The notes beneath the pieces are model-generated. The model saw nothing but the letters and a program-made list of their open reading frames with translations, ran no database searches and had not been told where the DNA came from. A program made the translations under genes and the position numbers. From positions 1 to 46,478 of the IMG/VR virus record IMGVR_UViG_3300050161_000017: a stretch of DNA of 46,478 nucleotides, one strand, 5' to 3'. Position 1 is the first letter of the stretch. Every line of letters begins with the position of its first letter. This DNA is from a virus. Of the stretch, positions 13,684 through 22,308 are shown one piece after another.

Positions 13684-15323
13684 GTAAATTCCTACGGCAC
13701 GAAGGATGCCCTTCCTGCGGATCATCCGATGGTTTAGCCATCTACGAAGACAACAAACATTGCTTTGTTTGTAATTATCATGAGGCGTCAGCCGACTACG
13801 AGGGAGATTTCGACATAGCAGATAAACACGAGGTCCGCCATGCAGCAGACCGCAACCTAACACCAGTACCGCAACAAGATCAGATCGCAATCAAGGATCG
13901 TGGCATCTCTGCTAACGCTGTGAACAAGTACAAAGTCACTGTAAACACTAACCCTGAAAGTCCTGTCAACCATGTTTATCCTTATTTCGACGAGAACGGA
14001 GCGCATGTTGCCAACAAGGTGCGTCGTAAGGGTGAGAAAGCTTTTTTCTGGGAAGGTGATGTGGGAGCAGGCCGTCTCTTTGGGCAGCAATTGTTCCCTG
14101 CGAACGGAAAAGCCATTACGGTGGTCGAAGGAGAGTGCGATGCTCTTGCGGGTTTCCAACTTACTGGTAGCAAATATCCGTGCGTGTCTGTCAAGTCCTC
14201 TTCTGAGGCCAAGAAAAACTGTGTGGATAATTTCGAGTATCTGAATAGCTTTGAAAAGATCGTAGTCTGTATGGATAACGATGAACCCGGACAGAAGGCA
14301 GCTAATCAAATTGCCCAGCTCTTTGCTCCGGGCAAGGTCCACATCCTCAAACTTAACCTTTGTAAAGACCCTAATGACTATCTTGTTAAGGGTTTGGAGA
14401 AGGAGTATGTCAACGAGTGGTTTCGTGCCCCTGCTTACATGCCTGATGGTCTTCGTCTTGGTTCTGACATGGGGCTGCTGGACGAGATTGTAAACTACAA
14501 GGAGCCGGAGTGCATCCCTTATCCTTGGGCTGGTCTTAACCAGAAGTTGTACGGTATCCGCCTTTCTGAGTTGACGTTGTTCACTGCTGATACTGGCATC
14601 GGTAAGACTACGTTTATGAAGGAAATTGAGTATGCCCTCTTGCAGAATAAAGACCTTCAAGAGAGGGGGTATGGCGTAGGTTTCCTCCATCTGGAAGAAC
14701 CTAAGCGAGAGACTCTTCTGGGGATGCTCTCTATCCACCACAACAAGCCGTATCATCTTCCTGATACGCCTAAGAGTGAGGAAGACATCCGTAAGGCTTA
14801 CAAGGAGGTTCTCGATAACAAGAGAGTAGTAGTCTATGACCATTTCGGCAGTAACGAGATTGATACCATCTTGGCTAAGATTCGTCATATGGCTGCTCTG
14901 GGATGTCGTTATATTGTGCTTGACCACTTGTCTATTATTGTATCAGATCAGTCAGGCGACGAGCGGAAGCAGCTAGATGAGATCAGTACCAAGCTCAAGT
15001 CATTGACGATGAACCTTCAGATTGCTGTCGTAGCTGTCATCCACATCAACAGACAAGGGCAGGTCCGTGGCTCTGCTGGTCCTGAACAGGTTTCTAATAA
15101 CGTCATCCGCCTGACCCGTGACAAAAAGGAAGTCGATGAATGGCGTCGTAACGTAACACAAATGGATGTCGAAAAGTGCCGTCTCTCCGGTAGGACTGGT
15201 CCGGCTTGCTGGATTTTCTACGACAACGACACGGGCCGTCTTGTTGAGTTGACACCTGACCTCGCTAAGAAGTTCCAAGAAGGTGGTTCGCTTGCAGGTG
15301 ATGAGTTTGAAGCATATAACTAA
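13680..15323 (+). CDS. Bifunctional DNA primase-helicase (T7 gp4-like), 547 aa, TTG start
   Basis: Zn finger CPSCGS...CFVC; TOPRIM VVEGECDALA and MDNDEPGQ; DnaB-type Walker A TADTGIGKTT; Walker B YIVLDHLS. Confidence 0.9.
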   Translation: MSKFLRHEGCPSCGSSDGLAIYEDNKHCFVCNYHEASADYEGDFDIADKHEVRHAADRNLTPVPQQDQIAIKDRGISANAVNKYKVTVNTNPESPVNHVYPYFDENGAHVANKVRRKGEKAFFWEGDVGAGRLFGQQLFPANGKAITVVEGECDALAGFQLTGSKYPCVSVKSSSEAKKNCVDNFEYLNSFEKIVVCMDNDEPGQKAANQIAQLFAPGKVHILKLNLCKDPNDYLVKGLEKEYVNEWFRAPAYMPDGLRLGSDMGLLDEIVNYKEPECIPYPWAGLNQKLYGIRLSELTLFTADTGIGKTTFMKEIEYALLQNKDLQERGYGVGFLHLEEPKRETLLGMLSIHHNKPYHLPDTPKSEEDIRKAYKEVLDNKRVVVYDHFGSNEIDTILAKIRHMAALGCRYIVLDHLSIIVSDQSGDERKQLDEISTKLKSLTMNLQIAVVAVIHINRQGQVRGSAGPEQVSNNVIRLTRDKKEVDEWRRNVTQMDVEKCRLSGRTGPACWIFYDNDTGRLVELTPDLAKKFQEGGSLAGDEFEAYN

Positions 15324-15333
15324 GGAAATTATT

Positions 15334-15504
15334 ATGGAAGATCGTATTCGTGAGCTTGAAGCTGCCCTAGAAAATTGCACCGGGTATATCATAAACTGTA
15401 TCGGTTCTTCTTATTGCGAGTCCTCTGATGAGGATTTCGAGTATCTAAACGAGATCGAGACTCTTCTTGGCATACCTCTGACTACTAAAAACTCTTTTTA
15501 TTAA
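15334..15504 (+). CDS. Hypothetical acidic protein (56 aa)
   Basis: ATG at 15334 after AAGGAA. Confidence 0.5.
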   Translation: MEDRIRELEAALENCTGYIINCIGSSYCESSDEDFEYLNEIETLLGIPLTTKNSFY

Positions 15505-15515
15505 GGAGACCTACG

Positions 15516-17318
15516 ATTTATCTTGATTGGGAAACGCAGGCCCAAGACGTTTACGCAGTGGACATCGAAACCGATGGTCTTGATGCAAAGACAATCTGGG
15601 TAATGTGTTGGGAAAATATCAAAACCAAAGAGACGGGGACGTGTACCACTTATGCCGAGATTAGACGATTTTTCGATGAGACTGCTGGTTCTGTTTATGT
15701 CGGCCACAATATCATCCGCTTTGATGCTCCCGTTCTTAACCGATTGGCAGGCACCAAGCTCTCTGTAAGCCAGATCATTGACACCCTTATCCTTACCACT
15801 CTCTACAGCCCGTCGATTAAAGACGGCCACTCTCTCGACGCATGGGGTACTCGGATTGGCCTTCCAAAAGGCGTATTCAATGACTGGACGCACCTCTCTG
15901 ACGAGATGATTGTGTACTGCCAACAAGATGTTTCCATCACCGCCTCACTCTTTAGGAAGATCACCAAAGTCTTGACGAAGATTGGTTTCAGCGAGAAGAC
16001 TTGTTACATCCAACACTACATCACAGCTATTGCAAGCAGACAGCAGAATAGTGGGTTCAAGTTCGATGGCCCTCGTGCTATCCTATTTTATCAACAACTT
16101 CGCAATCGTGAAGAAGAACTACAGGAGTTGATCCGTCATGCGTTTCCCGACGAGCGACGACTTGTGCGTGAACGGAATATACACACCAAGTCTGGACAAG
16201 TTACTGCACTGTATGAACGAGATCGACAGACTTACGACATCGAGATCGTGCCCAATAACAGAGGGACATATAGAGCGTTTGAGAACGTCCCTTTCAATAT
16301 TGGAAGCTCAAAGCAGAGAGTTGAAAAACTTACTGCGCTCGGATGGGTGGCTGATGAAAAGACTCCGAAAGGCTTCCCTAAACCAACAGAAAAGTCTCTG
16401 ATTAGGTTTGCAGAAGAGAGTGGTATCGAAGAAGTAGCTTTGATTACTAAGTGGATGTCTGTCAACGGACGGGCAAACATGATTAACAATTGGTTGGAGA
16501 ACTGGGATGAAGCGACCGGCTGTATTCACGGTAAGTTATTTGTTGCGGACACTCTTCGTTTCCGGCATCAAGCACCTAACACAGCTAACATCCCAGCCGT
16601 TAGAGTTGATAAAAGAGGACTTGTCCTTCTGGGAGAAGAGGGATATTATACTTATGAAGCTAGAGATTTGTGGACCGCAAGGCCGGGTCGTGTACTCATC
16701 GGAACTGATGCGGCAGGGCTTGAACTTAGAATGCTTGCCCACTATCTCAACCGCCCTGAGTTCACAGAACAGGTAGTCAATGGTGATCCTCACCAGTACA
16801 ATGCGGACTTGGCTGGTGTTACTAGGGTAAGGGCCAAGACCTTACTCTATGCCATTCAATACGGTGCTCAAGCCGGTAAGGTTGCCCAGATCATTGAAGG
16901 AACTCGTGAAGAGGGTGCGATGATGAGAGAGCAGTTCCTAGCTAGACTGGGTATCAAAGGAGTCATGGAAGATGCAATGCGTGAGCAAGAATCGGGCAGG
17001 GTCTGGTTGGTGGACGGGGCTGGAGTGGTTTGCCCCTCTCCGCACGCCGCACTCAACTACAAGCTTCAAGGTGGTGGTGCCCGAGTCATGGGCTTAGCTT
17101 GGATCTTGTTAGAGAAAGAGATTAGACGAAAAGGTCTCGATAGTTTCTCCGTAGGCAACATCCATGATGAAATGCAGTACGACGTAGCTCCGGGAGATGC
17201 TGAAGAGCATGGCAGGATAGCAGTTCAAGCTATTCGAGATGCCGGAGAAGAACTGAATCTGAATGTACCGCTAGATGGTACTTCTAAATCTGGCCTTACA
17301 TGGAGTGAAACTCATTGA
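15516..17318 (+). CDS. Family A DNA polymerase with 3'-5' exonuclease domain; the start is either ATT 15516 (proposed) or GTG 15558 (tracked)
   Basis: Exo I VDIETDGL, Exo II GHNIIRFD, Exo III YCQQDV. Motif A GTDAAGLELRMLAH, motif B RAKTLLYAIQYG, motif C NIHDEMQYD. Confidence 0.9.
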   Translation: MYLDWETQAQDVYAVDIETDGLDAKTIWVMCWENIKTKETGTCTTYAEIRRFFDETAGSVYVGHNIIRFDAPVLNRLAGTKLSVSQIIDTLILTTLYSPSIKDGHSLDAWGTRIGLPKGVFNDWTHLSDEMIVYCQQDVSITASLFRKITKVLTKIGFSEKTCYIQHYITAIASRQQNSGFKFDGPRAILFYQQLRNREEELQELIRHAFPDERRLVRERNIHTKSGQVTALYERDRQTYDIEIVPNNRGTYRAFENVPFNIGSSKQRVEKLTALGWVADEKTPKGFPKPTEKSLIRFAEESGIEEVALITKWMSVNGRANMINNWLENWDEATGCIHGKLFVADTLRFRHQAPNTANIPAVRVDKRGLVLLGEEGYYTYEARDLWTARPGRVLIGTDAAGLELRMLAHYLNRPEFTEQVVNGDPHQYNADLAGVTRVRAKTLLYAIQYGAQAGKVAQIIEGTREEGAMMREQFLARLGIKGVMEDAMREQESGRVWLVDGAGVVCPSPHAALNYKLQGGGARVMGLAWILLEKEIRRKGLDSFSVGNIHDEMQYDVAPGDAEEHGRIAVQAIRDAGEELNLNVPLDGTSKSGLTWSETH

Positions 17319-17320
17319 AG

Positions 17321-17707
17321 ATGTTCCGAGAAGACAGAGATCACAGAAACAAACGTACAAGAGATTGGCACCGCAATAATCCTAAGCAAAGCTATTTGTT
17401 AGCTGCTAAGAAAAGAGCAGCAACTGCTGGCCTACCTTTTGACTTAACTGAAGAGGACATTATTTTCCCCGAAGTGTGTCCTGCCTTAGGCATCCCTGTT
17501 GCTTTAGAACAAATAGATGGACCTAGGCGACGAACAGATAATACACCTTCGCTAGACAGGATAATCCCTGAATTAGGTTATGTTAAAGGGAACGTAGCGA
17601 TGATCTCTTGGAGAGCTAACCGGCTTAAAAGCGATGCGAAATTGTTTGAACTTGAAAAACTCCTAGCTTATATGAAAGACCGTAAAATGAAAGCGTGGGT
17701 ATTGTAA
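17321..17707 (+). CDS. HNH endonuclease (128 aa)
   Basis: SLDRIIPELGYVKGNVAMISWRANRLK, a typical HNH/HNN core. Confidence 0.75.
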   Translation: MFREDRDHRNKRTRDWHRNNPKQSYLLAAKKRAATAGLPFDLTEEDIIFPEVCPALGIPVALEQIDGPRRRTDNTPSLDRIIPELGYVKGNVAMISWRANRLKSDAKLFELEKLLAYMKDRKMKAWVL

Positions 17708-18261
17708 TGTCTGGACGAACTTGGGTCTATGCTGACCCCCACTTTTACCACGAAGGCGTAACGAGGTTTCTTAGACCTGACGGGTCTAAACTAAGACCTT
17801 GGGATAATGCCGATGAGATGTCCTCGTGGATGATCGACGAGTACAACAAGCTCGTACATCCCGACGACAGGGTTTACATCCTTGGTGACGTAGCTATGAA
17901 TAGGGGGGCACTAGACCGCTCTCTGCCCCGTCTAATGGGTCGTAAGGTGCTGGTTAAAGGCAACCATGACATTGACAAACTCTCTTACTACAGCCAGTAT
18001 TTCGATGACATCAGGGCTTATGTGGTGAAAAAGGGTTTCATCATGTCACACATCCCAATCCACCCCGGCTCACTATCTAGGTGGAAGCTTAACATCCACG
18101 GCCACACTCACGCTAATATCGTGACTAGAGAGGAAGTAACACCGGGGATATTTCCTAATATTCTACTAAGCGACCCCCGCTATATCTGTGCTTCTGTTGA
18201 GCACACCGACTTCAAACCTATCCTTCTGGATCGGCTACTTGAGAAAGGGGGTCTTAAGTGA
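17707..18261 (+). CDS. Calcineurin-like metallophosphoesterase (184 aa)
   Basis: DPHFYH, ILGDV, GNHD and GHTH motifs; TAATG overlap with the upstream gene. Confidence 0.8.
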   Translation: MSGRTWVYADPHFYHEGVTRFLRPDGSKLRPWDNADEMSSWMIDEYNKLVHPDDRVYILGDVAMNRGALDRSLPRLMGRKVLVKGNHDIDKLSYYSQYFDDIRAYVVKKGFIMSHIPIHPGSLSRWKLNIHGHTHANIVTREEVTPGIFPNILLSDPRYICASVEHTDFKPILLDRLLEKGGLK

Positions 18262-18309
18262 GCGAGCACGGACATTGCCCCAACTGTGTGGTAGATAACG
18301 AAAATAGTG

Positions 18310-18337
18310 CTTGACTTTCTCATTCAATGTGTTATAA
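18310..18337 (+). promoter_or_regulatory. Sigma70-type promoter P7 with extended -10 (TTGACT, 16-nt spacer, TGtTATAAT)
   Basis: TTGACT at 18310-18315 and TATAAT at 18332-18337. The downstream ATGGGTATAAGGTAAGG closely matches the late promoter at 45893-45921. Confidence 0.65.
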
Positions 18338-18545
18338 TATGGGTATAAGGTAAGGAGATTGAGCCTATGACACTCAAACAGCTTAGTGACTCAGCTAACA
18401 GCAAGCTCTCCCCTTATTGACACTCTACGCTTATAACGGGCCGGGACTTACCCAGCCGGGCGCACTAAGAGTTCGGACTGCGTAGCGGGAAGGGGTGCCG
18501 AGGGACACTACGTCTTTTCCCTCACTTAACCTAAAAGGAAATTAG

Positions 18546-19052
18546 ATGCAAATTCGTGGTAAAGCATACTGGACCAAGCTGGATAAGCCTGTCGCCAACT
18601 ACAACAAGACTAAGAAGATTCTGAAAGACGGGCAGCCCGACGGTTGGGGAGATGAATGGTCTGTCGAGGTCGCAAACCTCACTGCTGACACGAAGAAGGC
18701 TCTCAAGAAAGAGGGTCTGCTCGGTCTAGTCAAGAATAAGCTTGATGAACGTGAAGACTTCATTACGTTCCGTCTATCTACTGAGAAGCGCGACGGCAGT
18801 GCCAACGATGCTCCAAAGGTAGTAGATGAGCAGGAGAAGGAGTGGGGTTGGGCTGAGCGTGGTAAGATCGGTAACGGCTCTGACATCGCAGTCAAATTCA
18901 ATGTCTGGAAAAACCCCGGTAACTCTAAAGCTTCGGCTTTCATCGTAGCTGTCAAGGTTCTTGAACACATCCCTTACGAGACAAAGGAAAGTGACACCGA
19001 CTATGAAGACCCCGATAACTGGGGTAATCTGGACGATGAAATTCCTTTCTGA
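18546..19052 (+). CDS. Single-stranded DNA-binding protein (T7 gp2.5-like), 168 aa
   Basis: N-terminal GKAYWTKLDKP resembles the gp2.5 N-terminus. Acidic C-terminal tail ends NLDDEIPF. ATG after AAAGGAA. Confidence 0.65.
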   Translation: MQIRGKAYWTKLDKPVANYNKTKKILKDGQPDGWGDEWSVEVANLTADTKKALKKEGLLGLVKNKLDEREDFITFRLSTEKRDGSANDAPKVVDEQEKEWGWAERGKIGNGSDIAVKFNVWKNPGNSKASAFIVAVKVLEHIPYETKESDTDYEDPDNWGNLDDEIPF

Positions 19053-19261
19053 TAAACTAGGTGCTCTTACAGATAAGGGTTAAATGGTGTCCGGGACATG
19101 CGGCCTAGGTTGGGAATGCCTGTAAGCAGGGCTAGGGATAGGATGAGTGCTGTTGTGAGCACCTACCCGACACAGCGTGAAAGTCGTCTGTATTGCAGCA
19201 GAAGAGGTGTGCTATAGAGCACCCCAGACGGTGAGAGGCCGTCACTTTTAGGAGATTATAT

Positions 19262-19636
19262 ATGGAAATTTGGAAAGAAGTTCCTTCCGTTTTCCCTCTT
19301 GAAGCGTCTTCACTTGGACGTGTAAGATCGAAACCGTACTTATCCCCTATGCCTAATGGTGGTTTCAGGGTTGTTGTTCTTAATCCGCAAAAAGGGTCAC
19401 AAGCTAGGCCGAGAAGAAATTCTAAACACATCCGTCTGCATCTTTCTTTTAAGAAAAAGACTTATAAGATGCACCAACTTGTGGCTGAAGCATTTCTTGG
19501 GCCTAGGCCAGAAGGGTATGTAGTTTATCATATAGATGAAGATGCTATGAACAACAAGTCCGATAACTTAAAATATACAACGAGAGCTGAGAATTGTAAC
19601 AGTCCTAAGTATTTAGAATATCTTAGAAGTCGTTAA
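19262..19636 (+). CDS. Free-standing HNH homing endonuclease (124 aa)
   Basis: N-terminal WKEV...SSLGRVRS (NUMOD4-like), then HQLVAEAF...VVYHIDEDAMNNKSDNL. Confidence 0.75.
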   Translation: MEIWKEVPSVFPLEASSLGRVRSKPYLSPMPNGGFRVVVLNPQKGSQARPRRNSKHIRLHLSFKKKTYKMHQLVAEAFLGPRPEGYVVYHIDEDAMNNKSDNLKYTTRAENCNSPKYLEYLRSR

Positions 19637-19659
19637 ATACACCATTTTAAGGAGGCGAC

Positions 19660-19896
19660 ATGGCCAGTTACGTTATGATTGCTAAAGTTGACCAGATTGT
19701 GACCCGAGAAGTTCAACTTCTAGTTGTTGCTGGTTCAGAAGAGGAGGCTGAAGATAAGGCTCGCCAAGCCCTTCAAATGTTTCCTAAGCCTGTTACTGTC
19801 GAAGGTGTTCAAAAGATGGTGGTGAATAAGGCGAACTACTGGATACCAAAGAGTGTAGACTTCACTAGTATTAAAGAGGAGAAGGCAGTTGCTTAA
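19660..19896 (+). CDS. Hypothetical protein (78 aa)
   Basis: ATG 5 nt after TAAGGAGG. Confidence 0.65.
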   Translation: MASYVMIAKVDQIVTREVQLLVVAGSEEEAEDKARQALQMFPKPVTVEGVQKMVVNKANYWIPKSVDFTSIKEEKAVA

Positions 19897-20731
19897 AACA
19901 ATTGATACACTCGTTGCCGATATTTACTCTATGTTCGATGGAGAACATTTTCCACACGATCCGCAAGAGTTTGTAAAGTTTGGTAAGAATGTAGAAGAAC
20001 TATTCCATGATCGTTTCAACTCGGTTCGTGGTAAGCCCACTCTTCGTATGTCTAACATAGGACGACCCGATCGGCAGCTTTGGTATGACATCAACGGAGA
20101 AGGTGAGAAAGAGAAGCTCCTCCCAGCAACCTTCATTAAGTTCGCTTATGGTGACATAATCGAGCAAATGATTTTGTTGTACGCTAAAATGGCAGGCCAC
20201 ACGGTAGAGCAGGAGCAAGCAGAAGTAGAGGTCGATGGCATTAAAGGCCATATCGACGCAGTGATTGATGGGGTTCTAGTCGATGTCAAAAGCGCCAGTA
20301 CATTTTCCTTCGCAAAGTTTGAGAGCGGCGACCTCTTCCTCCCCGGCAACGACCCTTTCGGATATGTTGCTCAACTTGCCGGATACATTGAAGCGGTTAA
20401 TCCCGGCGGACGTGGTGGCTTTCTTGCTGTCGATAAAACCCTTGGAAAAATCTGTTTCTGTGAAATCCCCCGAGACATACTACAGCAGTACGCCGTCCGC
20501 GAACGTATCGCACACATCAAGGCCGTCATAGCAAGTCCTGATCTACCCCCTCGTTGTTATCCTGATGTGCCTGACGGCAAGAGCGGTAACATGAAGCTCG
20601 GGACAGGTTGTAGCTACTGTCCCCATAAATTCAATTGTTGGGATCAGTTGAAAACATATATTTACAGCACAGGCCCCCGATACCTGACTAGGGTGGTTAA
20701 AGAACCCCGAGTAGAAAGTTGGGACCATTGA
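19889..20731 (+). CDS. PD-(D/E)XK nuclease with a Cas4/RecB-like Cys cluster (280 aa), TTG start
   Basis: GHIDAV...LVDVKS core and the C-terminal CSYCPHKFNC (CX2CX5C). Confidence 0.7.
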   Translation: MLKTIDTLVADIYSMFDGEHFPHDPQEFVKFGKNVEELFHDRFNSVRGKPTLRMSNIGRPDRQLWYDINGEGEKEKLLPATFIKFAYGDIIEQMILLYAKMAGHTVEQEQAEVEVDGIKGHIDAVIDGVLVDVKSASTFSFAKFESGDLFLPGNDPFGYVAQLAGYIEAVNPGGRGGFLAVDKTLGKICFCEIPRDILQQYAVRERIAHIKAVIASPDLPPRCYPDVPDGKSGNMKLGTGCSYCPHKFNCWDQLKTYIYSTGPRYLTRVVKEPRVESWDH

Positions 20732-21048
20732 GCAGGGCTTCGCATCTCAGAACTAAGTATGGTATAACAGAAGACCAGTACTTATCCTTACTAGAGGGTC
20801 AAGACGGTCTTTGCTTTGTTTGTTCTAGGTCACACGACCAATTCAAGACACGTCTCTGTGTCGATCATAACCATAAGACGGGCGAGATTAGGGGGCTTCT
20901 ATGCCCCTACTGTAATCACCGTCTTATTGGTAGACATACCAACCCAGACCTTCTCCGCCGAATGGCAGACTACCTTGAGAAGACGACGGGTTGGTTCGTG
21001 CCGATTAAGAAGAAAGCCAATAAAATCTCTACTAAAAAGAAAGCCTAA
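20719..21048 (+). CDS. Recombination endonuclease VII (Holliday junction resolvase), 109 aa
   Basis: CFVC...CVDHNHKTGEIRGLLCPYCNHRLIG is the endonuclease VII signature. Confidence 0.8.
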   Translation: MGPLSRASHLRTKYGITEDQYLSLLEGQDGLCFVCSRSHDQFKTRLCVDHNHKTGEIRGLLCPYCNHRLIGRHTNPDLLRRMADYLEKTTGWFVPIKKKANKISTKKKA

Positions 21049-21076
21049 GATATGGAACATATCGCTATTACTGGCA

Positions 21077-21457
21077 TTGAACATCTCACTATTATCACTG
21101 TTCTTGTGGTCCTTGCCTGCGGCCTCGCAGGTCTCGCGCTCCGGTCTGACGACCGCAGACGTTAATTGTATCAGACGTGTAGTCTACGCAGAAGCTAGAG
21201 GAGAGAGTCATGAAGGTCAGCGAGCAGTTGCTCATGTCATTATCAATAGATCAATACAACGCAGGAAGAGCGTGTGCGAGGTTATCACCGAAAGAGGTCA
21301 GTTTGTACAAGGACGACCTCCGGCATCTTTTAATGTCGTCATTGGTATTAGTGACCCAACTCACGGAGCGACTTACTTCAGGACAAGAGACGCCCCACGA
21401 TGGGGAAGGCTCCGAAGATACACAAGGATAGGTGGACATACGTTTTATGGTAGATAA
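21077..21457 (+). CDS. SleB-type cell-wall hydrolase with an N-terminal hydrophobic segment; start uncertain (TTG 21077, 21104 or 21113)
   Basis: IRRVVYAEARGESHEGQRAVAHVIINR...GQF matches the SleB/Hydrolase_2 core. There is no in-frame ATG after the endonuclease VII gene. Confidence 0.6.
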   Translation: MNISLLSLFLWSLPAASQVSRSGLTTADVNCIRRVVYAEARGESHEGQRAVAHVIINRSIQRRKSVCEVITERGQFVQGRPPASFNVVIGISDPTHGATYFRTRDAPRWGRLRRYTRIGGHTFYGR

Positions 21458-21596
21458 TCTATACAAAGAATTGGCTTATGATATTTTCGCCAATACTGCT
21501 ACTGATCTAGCTCAGGCTGAGAATATTGTAGACTGGTTGAAGAATGAAAATCTCCTTGACCACGACTCTTTGAAAGAATATTATGAATATGAATAA
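21447..21596 (+). CDS. Possible 49-aa acidic protein
   Basis: ATG at 21447; overlaps both neighbours; below the ORF-track cutoff. Confidence 0.3.
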   Translation: MVDNLYKELAYDIFANTATDLAQAENIVDWLKNENLLDHDSLKEYYEYE

Positions 21597-22305
21597 TAAA
21601 ATTCTAGTCTTGGATATCGAGACTAAGCCAGCACAGGCGTACATTTGGCGGGCCTACGGCGAACAGAATATTGGTGTTGAACAAATCATTGATGCAGGAG
21701 GCACCATCTGTGTCGGACTGAAGTGGTTAGGAGATCGAGAGACTTCCCTATATTCAGAGTGGGAACATGGTAAGCATGAGATGCTGAGACATGTCCACGC
21801 CGCTATGAGTGAGGCCGAGGCAGTCATCACTTACAATGGAGATAAATTCGATCTTCCGAAACTGCAAGGTGAGTTCCTCCTAGCAGGGTTGGGTCCGACC
21901 CCACCTGTAACAAGTATTGATGTCGTCAAAGCCGTAAGGAAGTTCGGCTTCTTTGTCAATCGTCTTGCATTCATTGGTCCTTTCCTTGGCGTTGGTGCGA
22001 AGATCAAGCATGAAGGCTTCGATCTGTGGGTTAAGGTTATGGACGGCAATCAACCAGCTAGAAATAGAATGTCCCGCTACTGTAAGCAGGATGTCAAGCT
22101 GCTTGAGAAGCTCTATATGAAGGTTCGTCCTTTCATCAAGGATCACCCCCACATGGGTAACGTCAGAGGCCATGAGTGTGGTGCTTGTGGTAGTAAGCAA
22201 GTCCAGAGCCGAGGCTACAGAAGGACTAAGGCATTCCGCATTCAGCGGCTACAGTGCCAGACGTGCGGATCATGGGCCGCTGGTAAGCGTGAGAAAGTGG
22301 GCTAA
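21583..22305 (+). CDS. DnaQ/RNase H-fold 3'-5' exonuclease with a C-terminal zinc ribbon (240 aa)
   Basis: LVLDIETKP, ITYNGDKFDLP and YCKQDV, followed by CGACG...CQTCG. Confidence 0.75.
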   Translation: MNMNNKILVLDIETKPAQAYIWRAYGEQNIGVEQIIDAGGTICVGLKWLGDRETSLYSEWEHGKHEMLRHVHAAMSEAEAVITYNGDKFDLPKLQGEFLLAGLGPTPPVTSIDVVKAVRKFGFFVNRLAFIGPFLGVGAKIKHEGFDLWVKVMDGNQPARNRMSRYCKQDVKLLEKLYMKVRPFIKDHPHMGNVRGHECGACGSKQVQSRGYRRTKAFRIQRLQCQTCGSWAAGKREKVG

Positions 22306-22308
22306 CAA

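Noticed and set aside
13857-14927. 356-aa minus-strand ORF
   Set aside because: It is antisense to the primase-helicase gene, whose motifs (Zn finger, TOPRIM, Walker A/B) clearly define the coding strand.
19053-19261. Group I intron hosting the HNH gene
   Set aside because: The flanking genes look intact. The SSB-like ORF ends with its full acidic IPF tail and a stop codon, and the next gene has its own RBS. No split exon is evident, and I could not identify the P3-P9 core by eye.
20816-21076. N-terminal 87 codons of tracked ORF 20816..21457
   Set aside because: This part overlaps the endonuclease VII gene out of frame. The SleB-like homology begins only after about 21130.
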